Below are positions 48,743-62,310 of a DNA stretch of 64,000 nt, one piece after another. A program made the translations under genes and the position numbers. Within the stretch, counting starts at the first letter, position 1. Every line of letters starts with the position of its first letter. Source of the stretch: Mayamaea pseudoterrestris (lineage: Eukaryota); NCBI GenBank assembly GCA_027923505.1, contig BROI01000005.1, positions 868,001 through 932,000 of the forward strand, in the 5' to 3' direction. The notes below the pieces were generated by a model. The model was not told the DNA's origin. It saw only the letters and a program-made list of their open reading frames with translations, and searched no databases.

Positions 48743-51700
48743 CTAGGATACGCTTCTACTGCTTACACTGCCGCTCGCAATGCTATTGCTCCTACTCCTT
48801 GACGAAGTCGACCCTTTTGAGTAAAACAAGAACTGCAAAAGCCACTTTAGACCAAATCCACTTTCGCCATCTTGAATTCCGCCGTCAATGCGGTCCAATT
48901 CGTCAGCTTTAGCATATAAAGTGGCGCCCCATCGTAAAGAAATGTGATAAGTGTCACACGCAGCATCGTATCGCTTGACCTTCCCTTCTCCGAACGAAGT
49001 AATGACGTCATCTCCTACGGCGGCCTTGAGCGGACATACTATCCAATTGGCTTGCAAGTAACAAGCCATACCAGCAGTCGGTATCGTGACTATATGTACA
49101 CCGGTTTTAGGGTCCACTGATGCGAGAGTCCCAGACAGCCCAAGCTTGGTCAGCACCGAATATCCTAAAACAAAAGCGAAAGGTTTCGTGAGGAATCGGC
49201 GCAAAAAAGACACCAAATTGTTTGCAATTACCGGTTGTTACTCGCCCTCCTGGCACCCAACAGCCACTCGGTGACGGATACAGTTCTTTCTTAGAAAGGC
49301 TGTGGCAAAAGAGCCATTAGCCAGCGCGCATTGGGACAGTGACACCTCATAAAAACCATCTACGGAGCGAAAAGCCTTGATGACGCCGTCACCAAATAAT
49401 GTCGAGACAGACGCGGAATCCTTGTAATATTGCACACTGAGCTTTGGTTCGAGCGGCTTATTTTTCTTGACTAGCAGCGGGCTTAGTAATGTTCGGGACG
49501 ATTCGACCATTTTGCCAATGGCAGAGGTCGATTGCTCGATTGCTGAGGAAAATATCGAGGGTCTCTCTGCCTTCTTATCCTTCCACCCTCGAGCGCTTTC
49601 AACGGTACAAAAGAGTTGTGGGTGTGCACCATTGGCGAGCTTCCAGTTTTCAAGCCGCATCCCGATTGTCGGCGTCATCGCTGCTTTCTTGCCGCGTGGC
49701 CGTGTCGGTGGCAAAGGTTGAAAGACCCGCCCCTTTCCAAAGGGGGTGTTAATTATGGTGCCATCAGCATATGGGAAATCCAAAGGTTTCTCGGCGAGAC
49801 TCAGCTGCCATACGAGTTTTGAAAACAAACTATGGCTTACGTGCTTCACTGTTTCAAGTCGCATGTATCCAGTGGCGTGCCAGTTTACCATTTCGACAAC
49901 TACGCATCCTTTCTTCTCCCTCAACTCGACAATTCTCCCCGGACCGTATGGCGTCGTGCACTCATCACCCGCTTTGAATATCGCACACTTGGGCGTCGGA
50001 GTTTGAAGGAAGGGGAAGAGGGATGCTCGTGATTTGTCTGAAAATTTCGGTAGAGTTGGCGCGGTATGCTTTGATATAAATTGCCCGTGTACACTAGCAT
50101 GCACGAATCCTCTGCCATTCATTACATTGCCTTTTTCATCTCGCTTCAAAAGTGCTTGCATATTACAAATAGCACGCAACGTACCCGACTGATCAGCTGA
50201 CAATGACTGCGTTCCAGTCTCAATCGCGCCATCTGAGCACGAGCGAACAGGAATGTCTCGCCTACCACCTGCTGCTGATGCCTCGGAGCTAGGCTGCCCA
50301 CTTTCCTGACTTGATTCGCCAACACTTTGCGCTTCTGATACGACTGGTTGCGTGTTTACGTGCGACTCCCATTGTTCTGAGACAAGGTCACATAAACCGC
50401 TCGTTTCCACATCGGTGCTTGACGCGAGCACATCATCTTCCTGGCCTTCGTCTACTTCGTCAACAGTCTCCAAATGGATTGCCTCAGTCTGCGACCGAAC
50501 CAGCGGCGGCACAACTGAATTTTTCGGCCGAATAGTGGCGTCCTTTGTCTCCTTCAAGTATTCCGCTACCTGGATATGAAGTGGTCGCCAGTCCAACTCG
50601 ACTTGGTAAAGATCAAAAGTCGGGTCGAATCCACGAATAATTGCGAGCCCATAAGGAGTTCTCACCTTCTCTCCGATGAAGTAACGAGGATCTGCTTGTA
50701 TAAGATCAGCCGGTTGTTCACAGTGCCTCGTCAAAAAACAGTTTGCTTCCCACAAGGACTGGTTCAACTCGTGGCGACGAGACGACTTCATTGCGTCTGA
50801 AGTCCAATTGTTGATCTGCATGAAGTCCTTCGCAGCGTCGCTGCAGATTCGTCGAAGCCCGCGAATTCTAATCATTGGGGGATTCTGATTCGCCGCTCTG
50901 AGCGCTGCTTCAACAAAATTGCGAAAGAAAATTACTCGTCCCCTGAATTCCTTTTCTCTCCATCGTTTCGCAGCGTAGCCATACGTCTGGCGAATATCCT
51001 GCACGACGTGAACAAACAGAGTCTCAAATTCATAAGGAAATGCATCCCACATTAACTCCCCCGCTCTCACATCTCCTTGCCCATTGTCGCAAACAAACAC
51101 ATGCTGATATTCAGGATAAATTGAGACGTATCGACGGAAGTTATCAAATTTTTTCTTGGCCAACGGTTCGAAATCGTTTTGATACAAAAACTGCGATCCC
51201 GACGTCAAGTCCCCAGCGAGTAGGCTCGGCATCGTATGAAGCCCTTGACGACCATCGCCTCGACGTGTCCGAAGCTTCTCAAACTTGGCAAAGTTTATCT
51301 TCTCACTGATATCCTTATATAAATGCGGGCGCGCTGAAAGAAAGACCAAATTGCCAACGCTATTCTCTTTCCATTCTTCAGGCCCTTGCGTCCCAATGTC
51401 GAGCTCTCGATAGAATCCTAGAACTCCAGGATACACCGTCTTCCTCGGATAACGTCTATCAACTCCAGCCGGATACATACCTCCGCTGCAATAAAGTGTA
51501 TCATCAACATCGGAAAGCACCTTTCGCCACTGCATAGGGACGATGTGCCGAGCGCGCCGGGTACCCATTTGGATGTTTGTCTGCTGAATTGCAGCTTCGC
51601 GCCGAATGTGGTTAAGAATGTCCTGCCGGACACTCTCTGATCTGATGTCGTCGTATATAAGCTTGTTCATACAAAAGTAATCTCCCTTTGCATCCATTAA

Positions 51701-52537
51701 TGTCTTCAACTCCGACAGCTCGTCTTGGTGCGTCTTGAGAAGAATGTTGCGGACCCAATGCTCGGCGCGAGGATTTGCACGAAGCTTCAATAACTGTAGG
51801 GAATGCAGAATAATGACCCGGCTTACAACAGAGAGTATGGGAAGTCTTTCTATGGCTAACAGATTGATGAGCTCGGTTCGATTTTTGCCGTTAAAGTGTC
51901 GATGATCTTTGATCTTGTAGAATAGCAGTCCCAGCTTTACGTGGCCGATGAGGTAATTGAGTGCGCGCGCATCGCATTCCTCAAAAACAGTAATGATTTC
52001 TCGCTCTTTGAGCAAAACGAATCTTTGATTGATAAAGTTGTTGATTGTCGAGGGGATGAGCAACTGGTCAATTTCTTGCAGGCAGGAATTGATATGGTCG
52101 AGCTGTTCCTCGACCGGAATGCCCAAGTCGCGAAGACGAATGAGCGAAGTGTTTGCCGTTGACGATCGTCTAATATTTGTTTGCTGGCTTATAGAGATTC
52201 GATGTGTATATCGGTCCCATACATGCATAAAATACCCCGAGAGAACAATTCCGATCAATCCCAACCCAGGACTGTAGAGACCGAAGGCCACAGGCGAGTC
52301 GGCCGCAAAGAATAGTGCCGTGCTGAGAAGAACTCCAAAACCGGTCCAAAAACGATTTTCAAACTCTTGAGCGTAGTGCAGCCCCGATTCCTCGTACGCG
52401 ATGAACAGATAGAGAGTGTAGAGCAAACTGACCAAACAAGAGCATGTAATCGGAGCAATGGTAAACAGTGCGAGTAGAACCAATACTGCCGTCACCAACC
52501 CGCCAAGGAGTATTATCATTGCCGCAAACCTATCCAT
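48743..52537 (-). CDS. Membrane protein with APP1-like/HAD phosphatase domain and repeated TP(Y/F)GxG beta-barrel modules; intron 49245-49165
   Basis: N-terminal TM helices; motifs SDVDDT, FLSARP and DNGQGD; repeats TPYGLA, TPYGPG, TPFGKG, TLFGDG and TSFGEG. Confidence 0.72.
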
Positions 52538-52901
52538 GGTAGATGAGTTATCTTCCTCTAATGTTGCTCGACACAAGCGATGATCGCTGCTTTCGAATTC
52601 GCGCCAGACGCCCGACGTCACCTGTCAAGAGGAATCGGACGCTGCCCACAGTTTATTGTCGTCGGTGCTACAAGGGTAAAGCCGCTTTGTCGATAAAAAC
52701 AGTACAAGCTCAGCAGATTCGCATCTATTCCTACGAACCGTCATGATGGTTTCTCTTGCTTCTTGCTCCGTCGTCGCAGTCGAAACCGAGCCGAATCGCA
52801 TTGGTTTTCACGCCGTCCAGCCGCCGTCAGTTCAATATCGGTGCGCCTAGCCGCTCACACAGCTACCACGAGCCTCATTATTTTTTGTATTTCGCTCGAC
52901 C

Positions 52902-54791
52902 ATGATGCAAGGTGGAGCACGCCCGGGAATCATTCTCCTTCGCGAAGGAACGGATACGTCGCAGGTATCTAATTCTGATTCATGAATATGAGAGAGTGAT
53001 TGCTGAGTAGATGATGCCGGCCGACAGCGACAACATTGACTAACAAAAGGAACTCATTCGCTGGTCGCTCACATCATTCTCTCGTTCATAACACTTTTAC
53101 AGGGAATTCCGCAACTCATCAGTAACATAAATGCATGCCAGGCTGTCGCTGATGCAATCCGATCGACACTAGGTCCAGCCGGCCGCGACAAGCTCATTGC
53201 CGGCCCGACGGGCGTCACCATTTCCAACGATGGCGCAACTCTCATGAAGCTTCTCGAGATTGAACATCCAGCCGCTCAGACACTTGTCGACATTTCCATG
53301 AGCCAGGATGCCCAAGTCGGAGATGGAACGACTAGCGTAGTACTTTTGGCGGGAGAGCTGCTTACACGGCTCAAATCATTTGTTGAAGAGGGCGTTCACC
53401 CGCAGGTCCTTATGACGCATGTCCGCGCGGCCGGACAACTGGCAGTCGATAAAGTCAAGGAACTCGCTATTGAAACGCCTCCGGATGATCTTTACGACAT
53501 GCTGATCAAGACTGCATCCACGGCTTTGAATTCGAAACTTATTTCTAGCCACAAGGATCTTTTTGCACCCATGGTGGTGCAAGCGATTACTTCCCTGCAC
53601 AACGCTGGAGCCATGGATGAATGGGAGAGACTCGTTGCTATCAAGCGAATTCCTGGAGGAGATGTACGACAAAGTTTCTTGGTCAGCGGGGTCGCCTTCA
53701 AAAAGACGTTTTCCTATGCTGGTTTTGATCAAATGACCAAGAAATTTTCTCAGCCCAAGATTTTGCTGCTCAATGTTGAGCTCGAGCTCAAGTCGGAAAA
53801 GGAAAATGCAGAAGTTCGCATCACTGATCCAGACCAGTACCAATCCATTGTCGATGCAGAATGGCAAGTTATTTATGACAAGCTAGATGCGTGCGTGGCT
53901 TGCGGAGCTAATATTGTTCTGTCAAAGCTACCCATTGGTGATCTTGCCACTCAATACTTTGCCGACAAGGGACTATTTTGCGCGGGTCGAGTTGCCGACG
54001 ATGACTTGAGACGTGTCAGTAAAGCCACGGGAGGAACTACTCAAACAAGCTGCACGGATTTGAGCGTCAGTGTGCTCGGAACTTGTGGAACGTTTGAGGA
54101 ACGACAAGTAGGCGATGAACGTTTCAATGTGTTTACCGAGTGTCCGCAAGAACTAACATCAACCATTGTTTTGCGCGGTGGAACAGAGCAGTTTATAGCC
54201 GAGAGTGAACGCAGTGTTCATGACGCTTTGTGCGTTGTCAAGCGATCGTTGGAATCTGGCGCTGTTGTAGCAGGTGGCGGAGCCATTGAAATGGAAGTTG
54301 CCAAGTTTCTGCGAGATTATGCGCTTACAATTGACGGCAAGGGGCAACTCATTGTCGGAGCCTACGCTAAAGCTCTTGAAGTCATTCCTCGCCAGCTTTG
54401 CGATAATGCCGGTTTTGACTCGACCGACATACTTGCTGGATTGCGCAAGAGACATAGCCAGGACGCGGACGGAAAGTGGTACGGCGTAGATGTCGCCAAG
54501 GGAGATATTTGCGATACGTTCGAGTCGGGTGTCTGGGAGCCGGCATCGAACAAGATCAATTCGTTTGACGCGGCAACGGAAGCCGCCTGCGTCATTCTAT
54601 CGATTGACGAAACGGTGATCGCACCACGATCACGCGATCCTGGCGCCCACCAATCGGGGTTGATGGACCAGAATAGTAAACCTATGAGCAGTATGATGAA
54701 CAGTGCCATGGCTACTGCCAGTTCTGGCGGCGCTAGGAGTGGACAACTAGGACCAGGCGTAAGCTACATGAAGGGGCGCGGTGGCGGCTAA
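52902..54791 (+). CDS. CCT7: T-complex protein 1 subunit eta; intron 52965-53102
   Basis: IILLREGTDTSQ|GIPQLISNINAC, GDGTTSVV, AFKKTFSYAGF and LELKSEKENAEVR. Confidence 0.95.
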
Positions 54792-54849
54792 TGAATAATC
54801 TACATAAGTTATACGACCAGACAAATCTTTGTATCCATTGCTACTTTGC

Positions 54850-56319
54850 TCATCGGTCAGCTCGCTCGTTCGCTTTTCGGTGCTGTGTATGCGTGCCTTC
54901 TCCAATCCACAATCTGCAGTCCGGTAAATGCGTCTTTTCAAATCCATGATCGCTCTTTGTATCCATTGCGTAGTTTGCTAACCAGTCAGCTCTCTCGTTC
55001 GCATTCCGGTAAATGTGAACAAAAGTGCATTCATCAAACTTGGAAGCGACTTCTCTGGTGGGTTCATACAGCGCCTTCAGTTTCTGATCTTTAACTCTGT
55101 AAACACCGGTAACCTGCTTGATAATAAGCTCGCTGTCTCCTTGACATCGGATCTTTCTTATACCAAGCGACAGTGCGCATTTCAAGCCGAGCAACAAGGC
55201 CCAGTACTCGGCACAGTTGTTGCTCATTTGATCAAGAAACGACCACCCACACCATATCTCCTTATCTTGATTGTCATACAGCACCATGCCCGCACCGGCA
55301 ATTCCAGTCGGGTTACTTCTAGCGCCGCCATCAAACTCTAGCCGATAGGTTACGTCTGGGTCGATTGTCTGTTGCCCAGCATCGTGATCATTCTCCAAGG
55401 GGTTTGCTCCGTTTTGCATTTTCTTGTGAAAATGTTGTGCCATTGGTTCGTAAGAATCGAGAACTTGCAAAGACTTTCCAGTCGCAAGGGCTTTTTTAGC
55501 CAAGTCGCTGGCGCGGTGATTATCTAGAAAGCCAATGTGTTGGGTAGAAAAGCTTGCCAGTCGCTCCCTATATATCATAAATTTCCAATATATGTTTTTT
55601 AATGATTCCTTTTCGACTGCGAATGTCCCAATGATTTGTTGCTGAATGACATCGTGGTCCAGTTGAAGAAGAATGTTGTTAACTCCTTTTCGTAAAGCGA
55701 ATCTCATGGCCAAAACGAGTGCACAGTATTCCGCCTCGAAGACACTTCGATTGCCCCGTAAATATTTGCGCGCCTCCCAAGAAACGCTTGGATTCTTTTC
55801 GTCAATTAACACAAACCCAACCCCGGTGCCGTTGCTACTGTGACTTGACAAGCCTTTAACCTGGAGAATGTATCGTCTGTCAGGACTGACGAGATCGGGT
55901 CCGGGTGGTTCATGTCGTTCTGCCAATGTTGAACTTGATTGGGTAGTCTGTACATCCGTGGCATGATGCGTTCTTTGTTGCGTATGTTCCGTAGATAACA
56001 AATCTAGCAAGCGAGGTACTAGATCCTTCTTCGTCCCCGAAGTGTCGCGCTGTCGACGGTGCAACTCACATCGAAGATCGGCGACGCACATTCGATGAAC
56101 CGCAGATCGAGTCAAAGTGATACCGCCTGGAGCGTCTACAGTCACTGGAGCTCCTTCAATGAATGCTTGAATACTTCGTTGTCTTTCAATCGAGGACGAC
56201 AGAAACCTTTTCCAAGCAATGGTTTGCGTGAAAGAAACGAATCTCGATGACAGCGCTGACAGTGAGTACGAGGGCAGCCTCACACCATTCCGCCTAGTAA
56301 GTGATGAAGCGATCGACAT
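54850..56319 (-). CDS. SAP domain plus two RNase HI-like domains, probably organelle-targeted
   Basis: R/S-rich presequence; SAP-like VADLRCELHRR..TSGTKKDLVPRL; domain 2 reads FDGGARSNP..NNCAEY..QGDSELII..HIYRNANERADWLAN; domain 1 is homologous. Confidence 0.85.
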   Translation of the reverse strand: MSIASSLTRRNGVRLPSYSLSALSSRFVSFTQTIAWKRFLSSSIERQRSIQAFIEGAPVTVDAPGGITLTRSAVHRMCVADLRCELHRRQRDTSGTKKDLVPRLLDLLSTEHTQQRTHHATDVQTTQSSSTLAERHEPPGPDLVSPDRRYILQVKGLSSHSSNGTGVGFVLIDEKNPSVSWEARKYLRGNRSVFEAEYCALVLAMRFALRKGVNNILLQLDHDVIQQQIIGTFAVEKESLKNIYWKFMIYRERLASFSTQHIGFLDNHRASDLAKKALATGKSLQVLDSYEPMAQHFHKKMQNGANPLENDHDAGQQTIDPDVTYRLEFDGGARSNPTGIAGAGMVLYDNQDKEIWCGWSFLDQMSNNCAEYWALLLGLKCALSLGIRKIRCQGDSELIIKQVTGVYRVKDQKLKALYEPTREVASKFDECTFVHIYRNANERADWLANYAMDTKSDHGFEKTHLPDCRLWIGEGTHTQHRKANERADR

Positions 56320-56969
56320 TGCAAAGGAAAATTGCAAGGAGACGAAGACGAATTCTTTAAACCTCCGCTTCCCAAGTAGGCAGATGCAACGTATCATGCC
56401 AATCAATTGAACAGCAGCCGTTGATGCATCGAATGAATGAATGCACTGCTCGTGGTGATGCCATCGCAGGAAAGTTTATCGCACCGGTAATGACTGCGAC
56501 ACTATGCTGCTACTCTACGCTGACGGTAGTTGCGCTTTTGGAGGCGCCAACGCAAGGATGGTCGTTTCCACTTGCAACTGAATGTGCACTCCTTGGATCA
56601 AGCCATTATCAAAAGCATCAAAGTCTGCCAATCACATCGAAAGGATTTTAGCTGCAGGTTGCATGCACAACCAGGAGCCGAGAGCCCAGCTGGGAGTAGC
56701 ATGCAGCAGACATGTTGCCATCACTATCCATACCTGCTATTGTAGTTAAACTTAAATACTAACCACTATACTGTCAGGAGAAATGTGCGACAAATGAGAC
56801 GAAAATATCACTGAAAAATGAATGTGCATGTCGTACTGCGTCTCGCCTTCCCAACCCGCAACACGCAGCCATCAATCAATCTCTCTCTTGGCAAAGCATA
56901 CACTGTACCTCCTCCTTATCCACGCGTAACTGGAGCAACTTGATTGCACAGACAAACTTAAAAAGTGGC

Positions 56970-58327
56970 ATGTCAAGTACCAGTGAGAGACGCGGCAAAA
57001 TCTTCTCAGCAGCAGTTGCAATCATGACGCTTGCAGTTTCTCACAGAACAGCATTCGCCTTTTCGCGATCATCGGCATTCACTCGTCACAACTTTGGACG
57101 GTCAACGCGACATTATGGCATGACGCTCCACATGAAGTTACAGACGGCCATCGTTGGCTTACCAAACGTCGGCAAGTACACGAGCATCAACATTGCAGCG
57201 AAAACCAGCCTTTAGGCGAGACTCACACTCACGACCACGTCATTCGATCATTACTTTATCCACTCCGCTTTTCAGGCAAGTCGACCCTGTTCAATGCTCT
57301 CACCCAGACTCAAGGAGCAGAAGCTAGCAACTATCCATTCTGTACCATTGAACCCAACGTTGGTATTGTTGAAGTTCCCGACGAAAAGCTTCAAACGCTG
57401 GGCGTGCTCAACAAATCGGAAAAGGTCGTCCCTGCTGTTCTGGAGTTTGTCGATGTTGCTGGACTCATTAAAGGAGCATCAACGGGAGAAGGACTTGGCA
57501 ATCAGTTTCTTGCGAGTATTCGTCAATGCGACGCTATCGTGCATGTCGTCCGATGCTTTGAGGATGATGATATTATCCACGTTGATGGATCGGTCGACCC
57601 AGTCCGCGACGCCGAACTAATCAATTTAGAGCTAGCGTTTGCGGACTTGGCGCAAGTGGAAAAGAGATTGGAACGTGTTAAAAAGGACCGGAAACCGAAC
57701 GAAATGGAAAAGAATGCCTTACAGAAACTTTACGACACTCTGATGAAGGATGAACCGGCGCGAAATGCACTGCTGGAGGAAGACGAGGAGCTGGCCGTAA
57801 AGAGTCTAGGACTGTTGACGCGAAAGAGTATGATATACGCTGCTAATGTAGCAGATAGTGACCTGGCGAACGGTAACGAAATGGTGGAACGACTGCAGGT
57901 TATTGCCGAAAAGGAAGGCGCCAAGCTCGTAGTTGTTTCAGCCCAAGTTGAGTCGGAGCTTGTTGATCTGAACGACGAGGAGCGAGGGGAATTTTTGGAG
58001 TCGCTTGGCGTATCGCTGGAAAACACTGGTCTGAGGATTTTGGTGAGGGAAGCGTATGACATTCTCGGCCTGCAAACATACTACACTAGTGGCCCAAAGG
58101 AGACTAGGGCCTGGACAATAAAAAAAGGATGGAAAGCTCCTCAAGCTGCTGGTGTAATTCACAATGATTTCGAACGAGGATTCATTCGTGCTGAGACTGT
58201 TAGCTACGATCAGCTTATTGGTTGCGGTAGCGAGCAAGAAGCAAAGGCGAAAGGACAGTTGCGAAGTGAAGGGAAAGAATACGTTGTACAGGAAGGCGAT
58301 GTAATCCTATTTCGATTTAATGTTTAA
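56970..58327 (+). CDS. ychF: Obg-family ATPase YchF, probably plastid-targeted; intron 57172-57275
   Basis: Motifs IVGLPNVGKSTLFNAL, NYPFCTIEPN, DVAGLIKGAS.GEGLGNQFL and a TGS C-terminus EGKEYVVQEGDVILFRFNV. The presequence contains AFA-F. Confidence 0.95.
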
Positions 58328-58424
58328 TAGGAAGTCGTAGCTTTTGCTGAATAAAAAAAATTGAGTTTTGCTGGGCCATCGTACTACTTGTAGTGTGTAT
58401 TGCTAAGCAAATCCGTCGCCTCCA

Positions 58425-59927
58425 TCATCTCGGTTGAAATGCCCACAAGCCAAGTGCAGGGTTACGAATAAAAAAGAATTCTCCATCACAATTACTGTTC
58501 CAGCCATCCTCGAGCGTCAGCAAGTCGTAGTGTTCATACATGGCTTGCAAATCGCCGTATTGAAAGCCAACTTGTTCCACTTCTTGGCGAGTCAAGCCGC
58601 CAGGACAGTACGTGACGGTGAAGCGTCCTTCCGAGCTTCCATGAATTAAGTGCGCGACCGCTGACAGATTTTCACGAAGCTCCCGATTCTCTTTCATGGA
58701 CTTCATGACAGCAGGTGTGCCACAGTAGCCATACTTGCGAATAAGTCGGTCAATAGTATCATCCTCTCCAAACCGGCAAACACCTGGCGCTAGAATGATA
58801 ATCTCGCCTCCGTCGGCAATGGCCATGCGTGTGCGGTAGATGGCCTTGTTGCCCAGCCACGTGCTGTGGAACTCCTCCACATCAAGAAGTACTACCATGC
58901 GCATTACGGGCTTTTCAAGCAAGGCAAAGTTCACCTTTAAGCTCAAATCGCAGGCCGCCAAGTAGCATCGTATGTCCCTGCCGATAAAAAGTCCGCGAAC
59001 GCACAATTCCCCAATCTTGGCTGGGTCAGGCGAGACCACAGTCAAAATGTACCAAAGGTCCAATTCTTCCTCCAGATATGTTTGGCTGGCGTGATTGAGT
59101 ATGTCTCGTAGCGGATTGCTCGTTTTCCCCATCATTCGCTCCATTCCATGAACCGCCCCAATAAAGTGACTGAGATTGATAGCTTCTACTCCTCCAGTGC
59201 CAATAAAGAGGTTCTTGTTGTAGCTATGTAAAATAGGTCAAGGATATGGTTAAGTTCATGATGCGCCGCAAGACGACTCGCAGCTATCTTAACAAACCAT
59301 CCAACAAATTTTTTTCAGTAGTACAGAAGCTACTTACTTTGCCATACCCATGACCTCATGAGGAACAACTTGCCCAATCGACAAGACGAGTGACTTGAAT
59401 GGTCGATGCTGCGTTTCTGGATTCTTCAACCGTCGGTCCCACACGATTTTGTTGACCTGCACAGGCCATGGCTCATTCACCATTCCTCTCGTCGCCGTTC
59501 GCACCATTTCAGCTGGCGAATGGCCAATAGTAATGACGTCGTTTCGCCAGTCGTGGATTAAAACCGGCGAAGGATCCATGGAAGCAATGTGTGGTCCAAA
59601 CATTTTCGAGATTTCATCCTTCGTCATGGGCGCGTGCGTCCCAAGAGCCGGTAGGATGTCAACGTTAGGCACCTTATGTGACATAGCAGCGGCAGGATCA
59701 TTATCAGCGCGAGGTATGAAATTGTAGTGCTCGCAGATTATGCGTGTAAGTGTGCCAGCCTTCGAGTGGAACCGCGTAAAATCCGGAGGAATGAGCAACA
59801 CGTCGTCGCGCTCGCCGACAAACTCTAGAAAGTTTTTTAGCTGCAATTGAAGCTCTTCATCAGAGAGTGAAACAGTTTCCGAGCCGATGGCGCAAAAGAA
59901 TCCATCCTTGACGGCTTTCGTCGCCAT
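58425..59927 (-). CDS. LarA (lactate racemase, DUF2088) family racemase/epimerase; intron 59337-59224
   Basis: Motifs LLIPPDFTR.HS, PALGTHAPMT, HDWR, GQVVPHEVMGMANYNKN, STWLGNKAIYRTR and AHLIHGSSEGRF. Confidence 0.8.
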
Positions 59928-61018
59928 GCTGCTGCTGGATGCTGGCAAGGAACAACTCGAGTGGTTCAAATATCGCAGGAAAAAGACCCACCGGTATTCA
60001 ACAGCTACTTCTGTCGTAGATCCAACAAAGCTACGAGGACGGGACGTTTGGTCCTTGTAGAAGTACACACTCCCTCTCTTTCAGCTGAATGTGTGTTGAT
60101 ATACTAGTGTACTAGTAAAGTGGAGCGAGAGTCCCATTGGCCAATGTCTTACATAGTTTTGAATAGCATGCGAGTCTTAACTGTAAGCGTGAATCCATTG
60201 CAACACCAAGTGGTCATGCAACGCAGCAAGCATCGTCGTAGATGTCGTCAATATGGACATACTTACTGTACATTTTTGAATACGCTAACTATGATGCGAC
60301 GAGACGCTGCTTGCTGTCAGTGATTGACTCTTGTGATGAGGTGCGTGCGCGCTGCCGCGACATCAAGTAACTCTATTCGTAAGTATTATTTCTTCACGAA
60401 CATTCGGCGTCAGACGCCCACTATTCATACTACTTCTTGGTCTTCACCTCTTCACTCTTCAACCGACAGTAGTTGACGACCAGTCACGTCGGGAACGGCG
60501 GTTGCGAGGCGGAACGCTTGCACGTGTGAAAAACGAGTGAACTGTTTGGTTGGCGTAGCTTCAAATTTGGCTACGACAACTCACGTACAAAACTCTACGG
60601 TAGAAAAACAGTTGGAGACTTCGGCTGCTGGCTTAACAAAGACCACATATAAGTGAGTTGCGGCCGCTTTGACGACTCCCTCTACAGGTATGTTCCCGGC
60701 AGCCTCTGCAAGCCCAGTTGATTGTAAATCTTTTCCACTTGGCCTTGCACGCAGTAATAGTCCTTTAATGTATGTTTGTAGGGACAGGGAGAGGTTTGTT
60801 TGCGTTTTATTTGTTGATATACGAACAACATATTCCACGCATCTCCCATGGCAGGGGCCTTGCGAAGAGAAGCTTTCATGTTCGAGAAATCGGCGGATGT
60901 GCTATTTGAAACCGGCGCGCGCGCGATTCGAATCAAACGGCTGATCCCCACGACGCTCTCACGCACACACCATTGTCTCCGTCTCTTGTCACTCTTGTCG
61001 ACAGATACATAGTTTACC

Positions 61019-61889
<871 letters not shown>

Positions 61890-62310
61890 AATCAATAAGC
61901 TGGCTGGATTTGGGTAGAAGCGGTGGTGGACTGCACTGATGAGTCTGTTGCGACGGACCGATCACATTTCTTCGTAATAAAAATTCGTGCCACGAATCAT
62001 TCGACGCTCGGTAACACTGTAGAGCCTAGTAGAATCAAGTCTGCATATATATGTGGCATTTACTCGTGCATATGTTATAATAGACTGCATGTCAAAGTAG
62101 CGGGGCTGCGTCAAGAATTTTTATGCTGCATGCATGCAACCTGAATTTTACGTCGCACTGTAGTCGTGAGTACTGTTCTGCTATGTCACTACAAACATTA
62201 ATGGACTATCAACAAAAACACTCGTTCACGCGGTATTATACTGCCCTACGTGAAGCATCTGCAGGCTGACAGCCCGAACAAGGTATACGCCACATCGGCG
62301 AACGCCATTG

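Noticed and set aside
60330..60900. Possible C/D snoRNA (TGATGA) or small minus-strand gene upstream of H3
   Set aside because: No suitably placed D box or terminal stem was seen, and the 85-aa ORF has no recognisable family.
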